64,000 nucleotides of DNA from Gemmatimonadota bacterium (GTDB lineage Bacteria; Gemmatimonadota; Gemmatimonadetes; Palauibacterales; Palauibacteraceae), in NCBI GenBank assembly GCA_963666735.1, contig OY762926.1, forward strand, positions 256,001 through 320,000, written 5' to 3'. The notes under the pieces are model-generated. The model saw only the letters and a program-made list of their open reading frames with translations, made no database searches and was not told where the DNA came from. Below are positions 9,565 through 19,637 of this stretch, piece by piece. Both the position numbers and the translations under genes were made by a program. Numbering within the stretch: position 1 is the stretch's first letter; the number at the start of each line of letters is the position of its first letter.

Positions 9565-11633
9565 CAGCTCGCGCCCAACGAGGAGAGGGCGAGGGGCCAG
9601 ATCTCCCCGCTTCCATGTCGCCTCAATTGCCAGGTGGCCACGGCGAGGGTCCAGCCCGAACCCACGATGTCGTCGACCAAGAGGACCGGTTGAGGTGAAG
9701 GCTGGACGCGCACTTCCAGCGAACCGTCCACGTTGAGCGCCTGCTGAGTGCTGTTGGCCATCAACTTCTGCTCCGGGCGTTCCCTGGTCCGATCGAGGAC
9801 TGCGTGAAACGGCAACCCGAGCACACTCGCGAGACGTCGAACGAAGTCTGGAACCAGACGCGGGTGCCGGCGGGACGGTACGCAGGTCACCCACGCCGGG
9901 GCCGGTTGTGGATCCCACCGTTCCACAAGCTGTACGCAAGCATCAACGAGCTGGTCGTCGAATTGTTCTCGGTGCTTTCCCTCCCGAACCATCCTGCCCC
10001 ACCCCGCGTCGCGCCAGACGCACAACGCTCGTCCTTCGTTCGCGCGATGCACCTCAGGAATGTTCCCCTTGACCTCGTATCGGGGCAAACCGCCCGGCGG
10101 CCACGTCTTGCGCGGCTCAATCGCAAGATCCCGACCCCGGAGAAACGCGATGGCCTCTTGCACCAAGGCGAGGGAAACCGTGGCAGGGAGTGGTCGCAGG
10201 TCGGGCGGTTCATGCGGTTCAGGCTCGCCATCGAGCGCCTGAACGAGACATTCCATGTGCCCGGACTCCAGGGCCACGTATTCCTGCATCTGACGCTGCT
10301 CCTCTCGTCGCAGCAGGGTCAGGCGCGCCGCGCGCTCCCAGAACGCGTCTCCGAGGGTCGCCGCAGTCAACTGCCACTTGCTTCCCTGCTTCACGACGGG
10401 CGCAGGCGACTCGAGCGAGAGCAGCTTGATGGTCTGCTCGATGCGGCCGCCGCTCAGGTTGAGCCGGCGACGAAGACCCGGCAGCGACAGCCCCTCCGGT
10501 GACGCTTCCAACGCGGCGATCACCTGTCGCACCTGATTGCGGGTTGGGAAGGCGCTGTCGATGAAGTAGTCCGTGATGTCCGTCTCCTCATCGCCGCTCA
10601 GCAGGACGCCGTACGCGGCATCGAGCGCTCGACCGGCGCGACCCACCTGCTGGTAATAGGACACGACGGACCCCGGCGTCTGGAAGTGGATCACGAAAGC
10701 GAGGTCGGGTTTGTCGAAGCCCATGCCCAGCGCGGTGGTCGCCACCAGGGCCTTCACCCCGTTATCGAGCAACGCCGTCTCGAGTTCCACTCGCTCGGCC
10801 GGTGGCGTTCGGCCCGTGTATGATCGAACATCCACATTCCGCGACCGAAGCCATGCCGCCACGGTTTCCGCGTCACGGACGGTAAGGGTGTAAACGATGC
10901 CGTGTCCCGCGAGCTGCGGGAGCGTATCCGCCAGCCATGCCAGTCGCTCCGCCTGGCTTCGCAGGCGTATGGTCTGCAAGGCGAGGGACGGGCGGGCAAG
11001 GCCGCCCCGGGACACCGTCAGACGGGGTCCGAGGACTTCCCGTAGATCCGCCATCACCCGGTCGTTCGCCGTGGCCGTCGTCGCGAGGAGTCTCAGGTTC
11101 GGCGGGAGTGTCCGGGCGATGCGTTCGATGAGTCGGTAGTCGGGCCGAAAATCGTGCCCCCAATCGGAGATGCAGTGCGCCTCGTCGATGACCAGCAGCG
11201 CAATACGTTCGGCCATGGGAGCCAGAACTTCGTCCCGAAAGTGCTCGCTGGCGAACCGTTCCGGGGCGATCAGCAGGATGTCCACGTCGCCGCCGGCGAG
11301 CAGCTCCTCCACGTCGGACCAATCGTTCACGTTGTCCGAGGTGATGCGCGCGGCACGGACGCCCATCCGTTCGGCGGCGGCGATCTGGTTGCGCATCAAG
11401 GCGAGCAGGGGAGACACCAGGAGGGTTGGGCCGGATCCTCCTTCCCGCAGGAGCTTCGTGGCGATGAAGTAGACGAAGCTCTTGCCCCAGCCGGTCCTCT
11501 GGACGACGAGGAGCCGCCCGTCGCCCCTGACCACATGGCGGATGGCGTCCTGCTGGCCGGGGTGGAATCCGGCGCCGGGCCGGCCAGTACCGATTCCGAG
11601 GAGTTCAAGGGCTCGGTTGCTGTCGTATCTCAA
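9564..11633 (-). CDS. recQ: RecQ-family helicase with C-terminal phosphoribosyltransferase domain (RqlH-like)
   Basis: [44 protein letters not shown] motif [13 protein letters not shown]. Confidence 0.92.
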   Translation of the reverse strand: MRYDSNRALELLGIGTGRPGAGFHPGQQDAIRHVVRGDGRLLVVQRTGWGKSFVYFIATKLLREGGSGPTLLVSPLLALMRNQIAAAERMGVRAARITSDNVNDWSDVEELLAGGDVDILLIAPERFASEHFRDEVLAPMAERIALLVIDEAHCISDWGHDFRPDYRLIERIARTLPPNLRLLATTATANDRVMADLREVLGPRLTVSRGGLARPSLALQTIRLRSQAERLAWLADTLPQLAGHGIVYTLTVRDAETVAAWLRSRNVDVRSYTGRTPPAERVELETALLDNGVKALVATTALGMGFDKPDLAFVIHFQTPGSVVSYYQQVGRAGRALDAAYGVLLSGDEETDITDYFIDSAFPTRNQVRQVIAALEASPEGLSLPGLRRRLNLSGGRIEQTIKLLSLESPAPVVKQGSKWQLTAATLGDAFWERAARLTLLRREEQRQMQEYVALESGHMECLVQALDGEPEPHEPPDLRPLPATVSLALVQEAIAFLRGRDLAIEPRKTWPPGGLPRYEVKGNIPEVHRANEGRALCVWRDAGWGRMVREGKHREQFDDQLVDACVQLVERWDPQPAPAWVTCVPSRRHPRLVPDFVRRLASVLGLPFHAVLDRTRERPEQKLMANSTQQALNVDGSLEVRVQPSPQPVLLVDDIVGSGWTLAVATWQLRRHGSGEIWPLALSSLGAS

Positions 11634-11815
11634 TCGTCGCCTCGTGGGACGTTTCGCTGCGGGTGTACGTTGCCAGATTGGGGAGCGGATCCGTAGCCAA
11701 GTCTCCGGACCGGCGTCATCTGCCCCTCAACGTCGAGCGAGTGTCTGATCGCCCGCGGGGCGGGCGCCACGGGCGTTCGCATCGCGCGCTCTGGAGACGA
11801 GCGTCACCTTCTGCC

Positions 11816-12604
11816 TCACTTGTCAGCCGCCCTTTGCCACCATCGACCGATTGCCTCCGCATACAGCGGCCAGCAGTGTTTGCGCTGCGGATTGAACTGC
11901 CCCCAATTGCCGGGGTGGTAGCTTTGGAGCCAGAGAACGGTCTTCGCCCCCGGTTCAAGTTCGATGCGGTCGGTCTCGTAGCGAGCGTCATTCTTGTAGC
12001 CGCTGGCGGGTAGCCTCCGCTCATCGTGCTCCAGGATGTCGAAGCCCCTTCGGATGGCGACTTCGGCCCAGCCGCCTTGCGTCACGACGACATCCGGACT
12101 CAGGAGGCGTAGTTCTCCGGGGATGAAGCGGCGGCAGTTCTCGAATAGCACGTTATCCGCTTGTTTTTTCTGAGACTTGTTCTGGCAACATTTCGCGCTG
12201 TTGACGTGGGCGAAGTAGAGCCGCGAGTCGACGACCGTGAGTTCTGGCTTGAACTGATGGAGCAGCACGAACGCCATCTCGTGGGTGCGGTACCAGTGCT
12301 TGTGCTTCGGGAGCGCCGCGACATCGTAAGCGAGGTTTCCCTGGCGAACGGCTTCGGCTGTGCGTTGCCTCGGATCTGGATCGGCACTTCCGGAGTCGAG
12401 CGAGAGGAAGAGCAGGCGCGGGAGTTCTCGCTCCTCATAGCGCGGACCCACGTAGCTCGCCTTGGCCGACGTGAAGCCCGGGGATCCCGCGGAGCAAGCC
12501 GAATACGAGGAACAACGAAATCTGTCCGGCAAGATGCCGTGTTCCTCGTAGAACACGTTGAGTTTCCTAAGCATGTCTGGGGTAGACCCCCTTGCCGGTT
12601 CCAA
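11816..12604 (-). CDS. Uracil-DNA glycosylase superfamily protein
   Basis: LLFLSLDSG, FAHVNSAKC, FENCRRFIPGELRLLSPDVVVTQG, YHPG; start may be the ATG at 12574. Confidence 0.7.
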   Translation of the reverse strand: MEPARGSTPDMLRKLNVFYEEHGILPDRFRCSSYSACSAGSPGFTSAKASYVGPRYEERELPRLLFLSLDSGSADPDPRQRTAEAVRQGNLAYDVAALPKHKHWYRTHEMAFVLLHQFKPELTVVDSRLYFAHVNSAKCCQNKSQKKQADNVLFENCRRFIPGELRLLSPDVVVTQGGWAEVAIRRGFDILEHDERRLPASGYKNDARYETDRIELEPGAKTVLWLQSYHPGNWGQFNPQRKHCWPLYAEAIGRWWQRAADK

Positions 12605-12693
12605 GGGCTCCGCTGACGTTCCCGCGGGAACGCCGTACTCATGCGACGAGACACGCCGCCCTGCTTGCCGAGCCTCACAAGACTGAGATCGAG

Positions 12694-13593
12694 ATGACCA
12701 CGGATATCAAGCTGTTCGACATCGGGAAACGACCCGCGACCGAGATTCCTGGGCGCGCGACAACCGTCGAAAGATCGCTGCACGACCTGATCGAGCGGAA
12801 TCTCGAAGAGATGCTTGGCATCCGCTTCCTAGCGAGTGAGCATACGACGGGCAGGAAGCAACGCGGCCGTATCGACACCCTCGGCATCGACGAGAACTCG
12901 AACCCGGTGATCATCGAATACAAGCGAACGACCAACGAGAACGTGATCAACCAGGGCTTGTTCTACCTGGACTGGCTGCTGGATCACCGCTCAGAGTTCA
13001 AGCTCCTCGTCCTCGACGAGTTGGGGAAGGCCGAAGCGGAGAAGATCGATTGGTCCGCGCCTCGGTTGCTCTGCATCGCCGGTGGGTTCAGCCGGTACGA
13101 CGAACATGCGGTCGAGCAGATGAACCGAAACATCGAGCTGATCCGTTACCGGCGGTTTGGAGACGGTCTTCTGATGCTCGAGCTGGTGAACGCAGCCTCG
13201 GCCGAGCCTCCTCCCGTCGGGCCCAAGCCCGGACCCGACAAGACGTTCTCGGAAATCGTGGACGCGCTGGACGGACCACTCCTGGATCTCTATGAGAGCC
13301 TGAAGGATCACCTGATGGCGCTGGGTGATGATGTCCAGGAAAAGAGGCTGAAATACTATGCCGCCTTCAAGCGGCTGCGGAACTTCGCGTGCGTCAACAT
13401 AGCACCGACGAAGGCGACCTTGACCGTTTACCTTAAGGTGGATCCGGACACGGTTTCTCTGGAAAAGGGGTTCAGCCGAGATGTGCGGGGTAAGGGGCAC
13501 TGGGGGACCGGAGATCTCGAGGTGAGTCTTCGTACGCCTGAGGACCTTGAGCGCGCCAAGCCCCTGCTCGAAAGGAGCTACGAGGCTACCTGA
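12694..13593 (+). CDS. NucS/DUF91-like PD-(D/E)xK endonuclease with C-terminal DUF5655
   Basis: GRIDTLGIDENSNPVIIEYKR, NQGLFY; C-term KYYAAFKRLRNF..RDVRGKGHWGTGDLEV. Confidence 0.88.
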   Translation: MTTDIKLFDIGKRPATEIPGRATTVERSLHDLIERNLEEMLGIRFLASEHTTGRKQRGRIDTLGIDENSNPVIIEYKRTTNENVINQGLFYLDWLLDHRSEFKLLVLDELGKAEAEKIDWSAPRLLCIAGGFSRYDEHAVEQMNRNIELIRYRRFGDGLLMLELVNAASAEPPPVGPKPGPDKTFSEIVDALDGPLLDLYESLKDHLMALGDDVQEKRLKYYAAFKRLRNFACVNIAPTKATLTVYLKVDPDTVSLEKGFSRDVRGKGHWGTGDLEVSLRTPEDLERAKPLLERSYEAT

Positions 13594-13653
13594 TATGCTA
13601 GAATTCAGTCACGCTTCCGCTTCGGCTGCTCCGAACCGCCAGCGCGTGACTCC

Positions 13654-15819
13654 ATGACGCATACGGAGATCGTCAGCTTCATCTGGGATGTCGCGAACCT
13701 GATTCGGGACACCTTCAAGCGGGGGAAGTACCAGGACGTGATCCTCCCGCTGACCGTCCTGCGGCGGCTCGACTGCGTGCTTGCGCCGACGAAGGCGGCG
13801 GTGCTCGCGCGGAAGGCTGAACTGCGGGGGTTGGGCCTCGAGGACATGGACGCGCAGCTCAAGAAGGCGTCGGGGTTCGCCTTCTACAACACGTCGCGAT
13901 ACGACTTCGAGCGCCTCCTCGGCGACGCGCCCGCGCTGGCCGCGAACCTGCGCAACTACATCGTCGGGTTCAGCGATGACATGCGGGAGGTCATCGAGCG
14001 CTTCGACTTCGACAACACGATCAGCAAGCTCGACGAGTCGCAGTTGCTGTACCAGGTGGTGGAGCGGTTCGGGACGCTGGACCTCCATCCCGACGCGATC
14101 GACAACGCGACCATGGGGACCATCTTCGAGGAGCTGATCCGGAAGTTCAACGAGGCGCTCGACGAGAACCCCGGCGAGCACTTCACGCCGCGGGACGTCG
14201 TCCACCTCATGGTCGAGTTGATGCTGGCGGGAGACGAGGAGGAACTCTCGCGCGTGGGCACCGTGCGCAGCGTGTACGACCCCTGCTGCGGCTCCGGCGG
14301 CATGCTGATGATCGCCAAGCAGCGCATCCTCGAGGGAAGGGAGGAGAACGGCGAACTCCTCCGGCGTCCGATCAACCGCGACGCGGATATCCACCTGTTC
14401 GGGCAGGAGGTGAACCCGGAGACGTGGGCGATATCGAGATCGGACTTCTTCATGAAGGACCCGGAGGGCCACGACGCCAAGAGGATCGCCTTCGGCAGCG
14501 TGCTCTCCAACGACCGGCACGCGGGCCAACGCTTCGACTACCTGATCGCCAATCCTCCCTATGGAAAGGACTGGAAGCGCGACAAGGACGCGGTCAAGGC
14601 GGAACACGAGCGCGGGGCCGCCGGCCGTTTCGGTCCCGGACTCCCGAGGATCAGCGACGGGCAGACGCTGTTTCTTCTTCACATGCTCGCGCGCGCGAGG
14701 ACGCCGAAGGACGGCGGCACGCGCATCGCGATCATCATGAACGGATCGCCGCTCTTCACCGGCGACGCGGGGGGCGGCGAGAGTGAGATCCGCCGGCACA
14801 TCCTGGAGAACGACCTGCTCGAGGCGTTGATCGCGCTCCCGGAACAGCTCTTCTACAACACGGGTATCGGCACCTACATCTGGCTGCTCACGAACCGCAA
14901 GGCGCCGGAGCGCGCGGGGAAGGTCCAACTCATCGACGCGACCTCCTTCTGGTCGTCGCTCAAGAAGAGTCTCGGGGATAAGCGGCGCGACATTCCGGCG
15001 GAGAAGGCGGCGGACATCCTGGCGCTGCTGCGAGGTTTCCGAGACGCTGAGACCCGCCCCGTGACTGGGGACGACGGCGAAGAGAACGTATCGGTCAGTC
15101 GCGTGTTCCCGCCGACGCGGTTCGGGTTCCGCAAGATCACCGTGGAGAGGCCCCTGCGGCTCAACTTCCGGGCGAGCGAGGAGCGGATCGCCCGGCTGGA
15201 TGAGCAGACGGCGTTCGCAAACCTGGCCAAGTCGCGCAAGCGGGGTGAGGCGGGTGAGCGCGAGAAGGCGGAGGGCCGGGCTCTGCAGGCAGCGATCAAG
15301 ACGGCGCTCGAGTCGATGCCGGGCGATTTCTACAAGGACCGCGAGGCGTTCGCCGCCGAGCTGGATGCAGCCATGGAAAGGGCAGGGCTCAAGCTCCGCC
15401 TCCCGGTGCGGAAGGCGATCCTCAAAGCGCTCTCGGAACGCGACGAGATGGCGGAGATCTGCCGCGCGGCCAATGGCAAACCGGAGCCCGACCCGCAGTT
15501 GCGGGACACCGAACGCGTCCCGCTCCCGGATGGCGACGACCCGGTCGACGACGACGGGGTCCCGGAGAGCGTACGGGAGTTCTTCGAGCGAGAGGTCAGG
15601 CCGCACGCGGACGACGCCTGGATCGACACGACGAAGCGCGACCAGCGGGACGGGAACGTCGGTATGGTGGGATACGAGATCAACTTCAACCGCTACTTCT
15701 ACCGCTTCAAGCCGCCCCGCCCCCTCGAGGAGATCGAAGCGGATATCGGGACAATCGGAGCCGAGATCGTGGAGATGCTGCGGGAGGTGGCGCGGATCCC
15801 GTACACCCCGGAGTCCTGA
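13654..15819 (+). CDS. hsdM: Type I restriction-modification methyltransferase subunit M
   Basis: GEHFTPRDVV, YDPCCGSGGML, ANPPYG (N6-adenine MTase), LPEQLFYNTGI, GYEINFNRYFY. Confidence 0.96.
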   Translation: MTHTEIVSFIWDVANLIRDTFKRGKYQDVILPLTVLRRLDCVLAPTKAAVLARKAELRGLGLEDMDAQLKKASGFAFYNTSRYDFERLLGDAPALAANLRNYIVGFSDDMREVIERFDFDNTISKLDESQLLYQVVERFGTLDLHPDAIDNATMGTIFEELIRKFNEALDENPGEHFTPRDVVHLMVELMLAGDEEELSRVGTVRSVYDPCCGSGGMLMIAKQRILEGREENGELLRRPINRDADIHLFGQEVNPETWAISRSDFFMKDPEGHDAKRIAFGSVLSNDRHAGQRFDYLIANPPYGKDWKRDKDAVKAEHERGAAGRFGPGLPRISDGQTLFLLHMLARARTPKDGGTRIAIIMNGSPLFTGDAGGGESEIRRHILENDLLEALIALPEQLFYNTGIGTYIWLLTNRKAPERAGKVQLIDATSFWSSLKKSLGDKRRDIPAEKAADILALLRGFRDAETRPVTGDDGEENVSVSRVFPPTRFGFRKITVERPLRLNFRASEERIARLDEQTAFANLAKSRKRGEAGEREKAEGRALQAAIKTALESMPGDFYKDREAFAAELDAAMERAGLKLRLPVRKAILKALSERDEMAEICRAANGKPEPDPQLRDTERVPLPDGDDPVDDDGVPESVREFFEREVRPHADDAWIDTTKRDQRDGNVGMVGYEINFNRYFYRFKPPRPLEEIEADIGTIGAEIVEMLREVARIPYTPES

Positions 15820-15941
15820 CCCGCCGGTTATCTCTGGACTGCCGCGGGTGTCGTTTGGTCGGCACAAGAAAAGCGACCGGGCGAGCCCCGCAGGACTCAA
15901 CGAACCGCCGTGGCAGCAAGCGCGTGGAGTGCGCCACTCGG

Positions 15942-16568
15942 TCAGGGGCTCCCGCGGTAGTCCCGGCGGTCAACGCACCGATCGTAGAGTTCGCGGTCGA
16001 TCGGAATCCAATCGGTCTTGTTGATTCCTCTGCGGTTCCGGCTGGCGGGACTCTGCGGATAGGCGCTGGCGATCTTGATCCACCGTCGCTGCTCCCGTGC
16101 GATGGTTCGAATCTCCTCGGCGACCTCCGAGAGATCCTGATCCTGGCTCATGATGACCGCCACGTCGTATTCGCGACGGTGAGCGAGTACGATCACGTCG
16201 AGCGCGATTCGCACGTCGACCCCCTTCTCCTCTCCGGTAAGAAAAGAGTGCTGTGTGCCGTCGGGAAGATCTACGGTGCGGTTCCGGTACCGGAGCGGCC
16301 TGCTGTACACGACGACCCGCCGCCGCCCCATCGCCGCGAGCTTACGAGTCCAGAAGGAGTGCCATCGGGCGTTATCGGCAGCATCAGGGATCCCAGTGTA
16401 GAAGCGCACTTGCGTCAGATCCCATCCCTGTCGCGCGCAAACTTGCTCGGCGAGGGCCGAAACGTCGTAGTTGGGGTAGGTATAGCCGAACGCTTCGCGC
16501 GCGGCGTGGAACAGGTTCTGGCCATCGACGAAGGCGACGGCACGCTTGGCTGGGGGTTCTCGGGTCAT
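15942..16568 (-). CDS. NYN (LabA/DUF88, PIN-like) domain ribonuclease
   Basis: AFVDGQNLF, RFYTG, EEKGVDVRIALD, IMSQDQDL acidic catalytic motifs. Confidence 0.9.
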   Translation of the reverse strand: MTREPPAKRAVAFVDGQNLFHAAREAFGYTYPNYDVSALAEQVCARQGWDLTQVRFYTGIPDAADNARWHSFWTRKLAAMGRRRVVVYSRPLRYRNRTVDLPDGTQHSFLTGEEKGVDVRIALDVIVLAHRREYDVAVIMSQDQDLSEVAEEIRTIAREQRRWIKIASAYPQSPASRNRRGINKTDWIPIDRELYDRCVDRRDYRGSP

Positions 16569-16579
16569 AGGTCGGTTGG

Positions 16580-16622
16580 AAAAAATAACCCCGCCCGAGG
16601 CCTTTCGGCGTGTCGGGCGGGG
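16580..16622 (-). terminator. Intrinsic terminator directly upstream of the NYN gene
   Basis: Perfect 10-bp stem (16589-16598 / 16613-16622), inner GCC-GAAA-GGC hairpin, then TTATTTTTT, about 12 nt before the ATG. Confidence 0.75.
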
Positions 16623-16636
16623 GGCAAGTACCAATC

Positions 16637-16665
16637 AGGGTATCACACCGTGGGGACGACGTCAA
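16637..16665 (-). promoter_or_regulatory. Sigma70-type promoter for the NYN leader
   Basis: TTGACG, 17-nt spacer, TACCCT with extended -10 TG (TGATACCCT). Confidence 0.6.
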
Positions 16666-16730
16666 TTCCTTGAGCCGCCCCCTCCCCGAGTCGCCGGATG
16701 AGATCGATGCTGATAGCGGTGCCGCCCATT

Positions 16731-16769
16731 CGCGTCAACAGGATTGTTGACAACAGGTCTGTTGACGCG
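16731..16769. repeat. Tandem 15-bp palindromic units CAAC-N6-GTTG (copy 1)
   Basis: CAACAGGATTGTTGA CAACAGGTCTGTTGA inside an 11-bp perfect inverted repeat CGCGTCAACAG..CTGTTGACGCG. Confidence 0.8.
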
Positions 16770-16774
16770 CGCAC

Positions 16775-17086
16775 TCACGACGCTTGCGATCCACTCCTCC
16801 GGCCGTCCGCGTTCCAGCCCCGGCTTCGCTGCGACCCCGATGGCCTGCGACGTTCGCCATTGGCATGCGTCAGGCGATGCGATAGGAACGCAGCGGCAGG
16901 AGCCTTGGCTTCCAACGTGGAGAGGTCCAGGCGGATCGAGGCGCGATCGATATCGAATCCCACGATGTGACCGCGGGCATCCAGGTCGACCTGGACTCCG
17001 CCGGCGACTTCACGCGTCTCGGTGCCCAGGCCCTCTTGGAACTCGACGTAGAGGCTGTCGGTTTCGGGATAGTAGTGCAGTTTCAT
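16775..17086 (-). CDS. DUF2283 domain protein (orphan antitoxin-like)
   Basis: MKLHYYPETDSLYVEF..ETREVAGGVQVDLDARGHIVGFDI; SD AGGAGGGG. Confidence 0.82.
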   Translation of the reverse strand: MKLHYYPETDSLYVEFQEGLGTETREVAGGVQVDLDARGHIVGFDIDRASIRLDLSTLEAKAPAAAFLSHRLTHANGERRRPSGSQRSRGWNADGRRSGSQAS

Positions 17087-17133
17087 CGTGTTCCCCTCCT
17101 GAAGCCGCGCGTTTGGTGCGAGTTCCCCTACAG

Positions 17134-17170
17134 GTTGCCAACAGGATCGTTGACAACGAATCCGTTGACG
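17134..17170. repeat. Tandem 15-bp palindromic units (copy 2)
   Basis: CAACAGGATCGTTGA CAACGAATCCGTTGA plus an in-phase GTTG at 17134. Confidence 0.78.
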
Positions 17171-17215
17171 ATACGCCTCCCGCCGTGGGGGGGCCTCGCC
17201 GCAAGCAGCTCACCG

Positions 17216-19621
17216 TCACCGACCCGTCTCTGGTCGTGCGGCTGATTGCAGCCGTTTCAGATTCGTGAGATCTCGCTGGATGTCCTCCGCCACCTTTCGA
17301 ACTTCGATCGCAACTTTGGGTTCGAGGCCCATCTCAAGTTCGAGAGCGGTCGTGAGAGGAAGGAGTCGCGCCGACGACGGGGATTCTCGGATGAGAGTGT
17401 GCATTTGACGGAAGCCGAGAAGCAGGCTGGCGCACACCAAATCCCCAATCAATCCCTCCGGAAATTCAGCTAGCTCCGGGATGATTTGGAGGACAGCCTG
17501 GATGTCGCCGATCGCGGATGGTTGGTCATCCAGGCTGATACTGGCCTGAGAGCGGAGCATGTGTACCGTGGTTCGACGACCGAGCGTTTCGGCCTTGTTC
17601 CACGCTGAGCCCTCGCTCGCTTCGGCGAGCCTGTCGCTCTCATCCAGTCGCCGCAACACCTCGTCATACGTCTCGCGTTGCTCCAGGCCACGGTGCAGCT
17701 TGGCGAGTATGGCCGCCTTCAGGAACAGCCCCTGTACCACTACCTCCCCTATCTCAGCGACCGGGCTCCCTCCAAAATGTTCCACGAGTTTGTCGAGTTC
17801 CGCGATCGACTCGTCCGCGCGGTTCAAGCCAACGAGGTTTCTGGCGTCAAGGAGGCGCGCGCTTGCGAGTAGAACACGCGCCTGGGCGGGGAGTTCGTCT
17901 CCGGATCCAAACCGCCGATCGAGTGCTTCATAGACCTCCATCTCCTCGACGGTTCTGCCCATGGTATGCAGAACCACGCCGCGTAGCGTCATCGCACACG
18001 CCAACACCTCGTCGCGACCATTGGCGTCGAACTTGCGGATCGAGTCGTCACACGCGGCGAGTGCTTCCTCCAGCTGTCCCGCCCCGTACAGGCCAACCGC
18101 CTTACCAATCGAAGCGCCAGCGAACGAACCGCGCACACCGCGCATCTCCGGCAGCTGCTTTGCGCCGAGACGCTCGACCGTCTCCGATTTACGCACCAGG
18201 TCGTCCCAGATCTCGGGCATGTCAGCCGCATCGCGATGTTCAAGCTGCTCAGATACTTCTTTGGCTTGATCCTGAAGCTCCCCCAGGGCCGCGATAGCCT
18301 CCGTCACATCGTCGGCTACGTATCCGGGGTGTTCCCGCAGAAAATGCGGCGCGAGCCGGGGACTTCGACTCAGGTGGTGTAACGTGGCATCGCAGACGTG
18401 CCGGATCGCCGGATCCAGCGTGGAGGCGTCCTCCACTATGCGGTCCACAAGCCCTTCCAGTTCTCGTTTCGCGTAGTACGCTTCCATGAACGTCACCAGC
18501 GCCTGGGCCAGCCCGTCCGCCCCGCTGCTTCGGCGGAGCAGGTAGTAGATGGAATAGAGGCGCTCGCTCGCGTAATACTGCCGGCGCCGTGCCGTTCCGC
18601 CCGCTTCCGACACCACGCCGCGCTCGATCAAGCGTCTCAGCTGGGCGCTGCACGCGCTCGTCTCGATTCTGGCGCGCTGCGCGACCTCCCGGGCCGTCGA
18701 TGGCCGCCATAGTTCCAGGAGTGCGAGGTAAACCCGGCGCTCCTGCGCCGGCAGGGATTCCAGGTGGCTCTTGAAATAGGCGGTGTGTTCGTCGACCAGA
18801 TCCAGAAGATCGGCCATCAGGGCCCCGAAGGATGTCTCCGCAGCGAAGCGGGCCATGATCGCCAGCAAGCGAGGGCTTCCGCCGGTGATGATCTGAAGAC
18901 TACGCGCGGCGCCGGGCTCCACAGGCCGCCCGGCCACCGTCTCGCACAAGACCGCGCTTTCCTTCCGGTCGAGCGGGCGCAGCGTCAACACCCGAAAGAG
19001 GTCGTACAGCGCCCGGTCGGGCCGGTCGATCTCGCCGAACCTGCTCGTCGCGCTGCCAACCAACATGATCTGCGGCTCGGTCTGGAGCGTCTGCCTCAGG
19101 CACCATCCCGCGTCGCGGTCCGTCATGTCGGAGAACATCATGTTGAGGTTCTCCACGCCCAGCACCAGCCGTTTTCCCTCGCGCCCGGCGAAGTCCAGCA
19201 CGGCGCCGAGGCACCGTTCGCGCAGCCTGCGGTCATCCCGCTCCCTCCGCAGATCCTCCAGGCTAAGGGAGAGATTCACCCCGCCCCTCTCACCCGGTAC
19301 CTGGCGGGAGAGGTGGGACAGACACTCCAGCCAGAACTCGCCGCAGGTGCCGACTCCGTAGCTTTCCTCCGCGAACACGATCGGATACAGGCGGGAGGAG
19401 AGTTCGGGATCGGACCGGATCTCCGACGCTACCCGCAAGAGGAGCATCGTCTTTCCGCTCCCGCGCGGGCCGATCACGATGACGTGCTGGTTGGAGGCGC
19501 CCGCGTTCTCGCGAAGGGTCTCGATGATCGACCGGAACTCGCCCGTCCTCACGCAGAACGTCGCCCTCAGGTCAGCGTCGGAGAGGAAGCCCGGATTGTA
19601 GTTCTTCGCGGCTATACCCAT
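17216..19621 (-). CDS. STAND-like ATPase with winged helix and TPR-like C-terminus
   Basis: GPRGSGKT Walker A, atypical Walker B LVLGVENL, TGGSPR (GxP), wHTH TAREVAQRARIETSACSAQLRRL, helical repeats. Confidence 0.78.
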   Translation of the reverse strand: MGIAAKNYNPGFLSDADLRATFCVRTGEFRSIIETLRENAGASNQHVIVIGPRGSGKTMLLLRVASEIRSDPELSSRLYPIVFAEESYGVGTCGEFWLECLSHLSRQVPGERGGVNLSLSLEDLRRERDDRRLRERCLGAVLDFAGREGKRLVLGVENLNMMFSDMTDRDAGWCLRQTLQTEPQIMLVGSATSRFGEIDRPDRALYDLFRVLTLRPLDRKESAVLCETVAGRPVEPGAARSLQIITGGSPRLLAIMARFAAETSFGALMADLLDLVDEHTAYFKSHLESLPAQERRVYLALLELWRPSTAREVAQRARIETSACSAQLRRLIERGVVSEAGGTARRRQYYASERLYSIYYLLRRSSGADGLAQALVTFMEAYYAKRELEGLVDRIVEDASTLDPAIRHVCDATLHHLSRSPRLAPHFLREHPGYVADDVTEAIAALGELQDQAKEVSEQLEHRDAADMPEIWDDLVRKSETVERLGAKQLPEMRGVRGSFAGASIGKAVGLYGAGQLEEALAACDDSIRKFDANGRDEVLACAMTLRGVVLHTMGRTVEEMEVYEALDRRFGSGDELPAQARVLLASARLLDARNLVGLNRADESIAELDKLVEHFGGSPVAEIGEVVVQGLFLKAAILAKLHRGLEQRETYDEVLRRLDESDRLAEASEGSAWNKAETLGRRTTVHMLRSQASISLDDQPSAIGDIQAVLQIIPELAEFPEGLIGDLVCASLLLGFRQMHTLIRESPSSARLLPLTTALELEMGLEPKVAIEVRKVAEDIQRDLTNLKRLQSAARPETGR

Positions 19622-19637
19622 GAATCGAGCCTCCTCG

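Noticed and set aside
13609..15900. Very long antisense ORFs (also 34916-37408, 48691-52350, 58751-61012, 60849-63122)
   Set aside because: High-GC codon shadows of well-supported genes on the other strand, with no recognisable motifs
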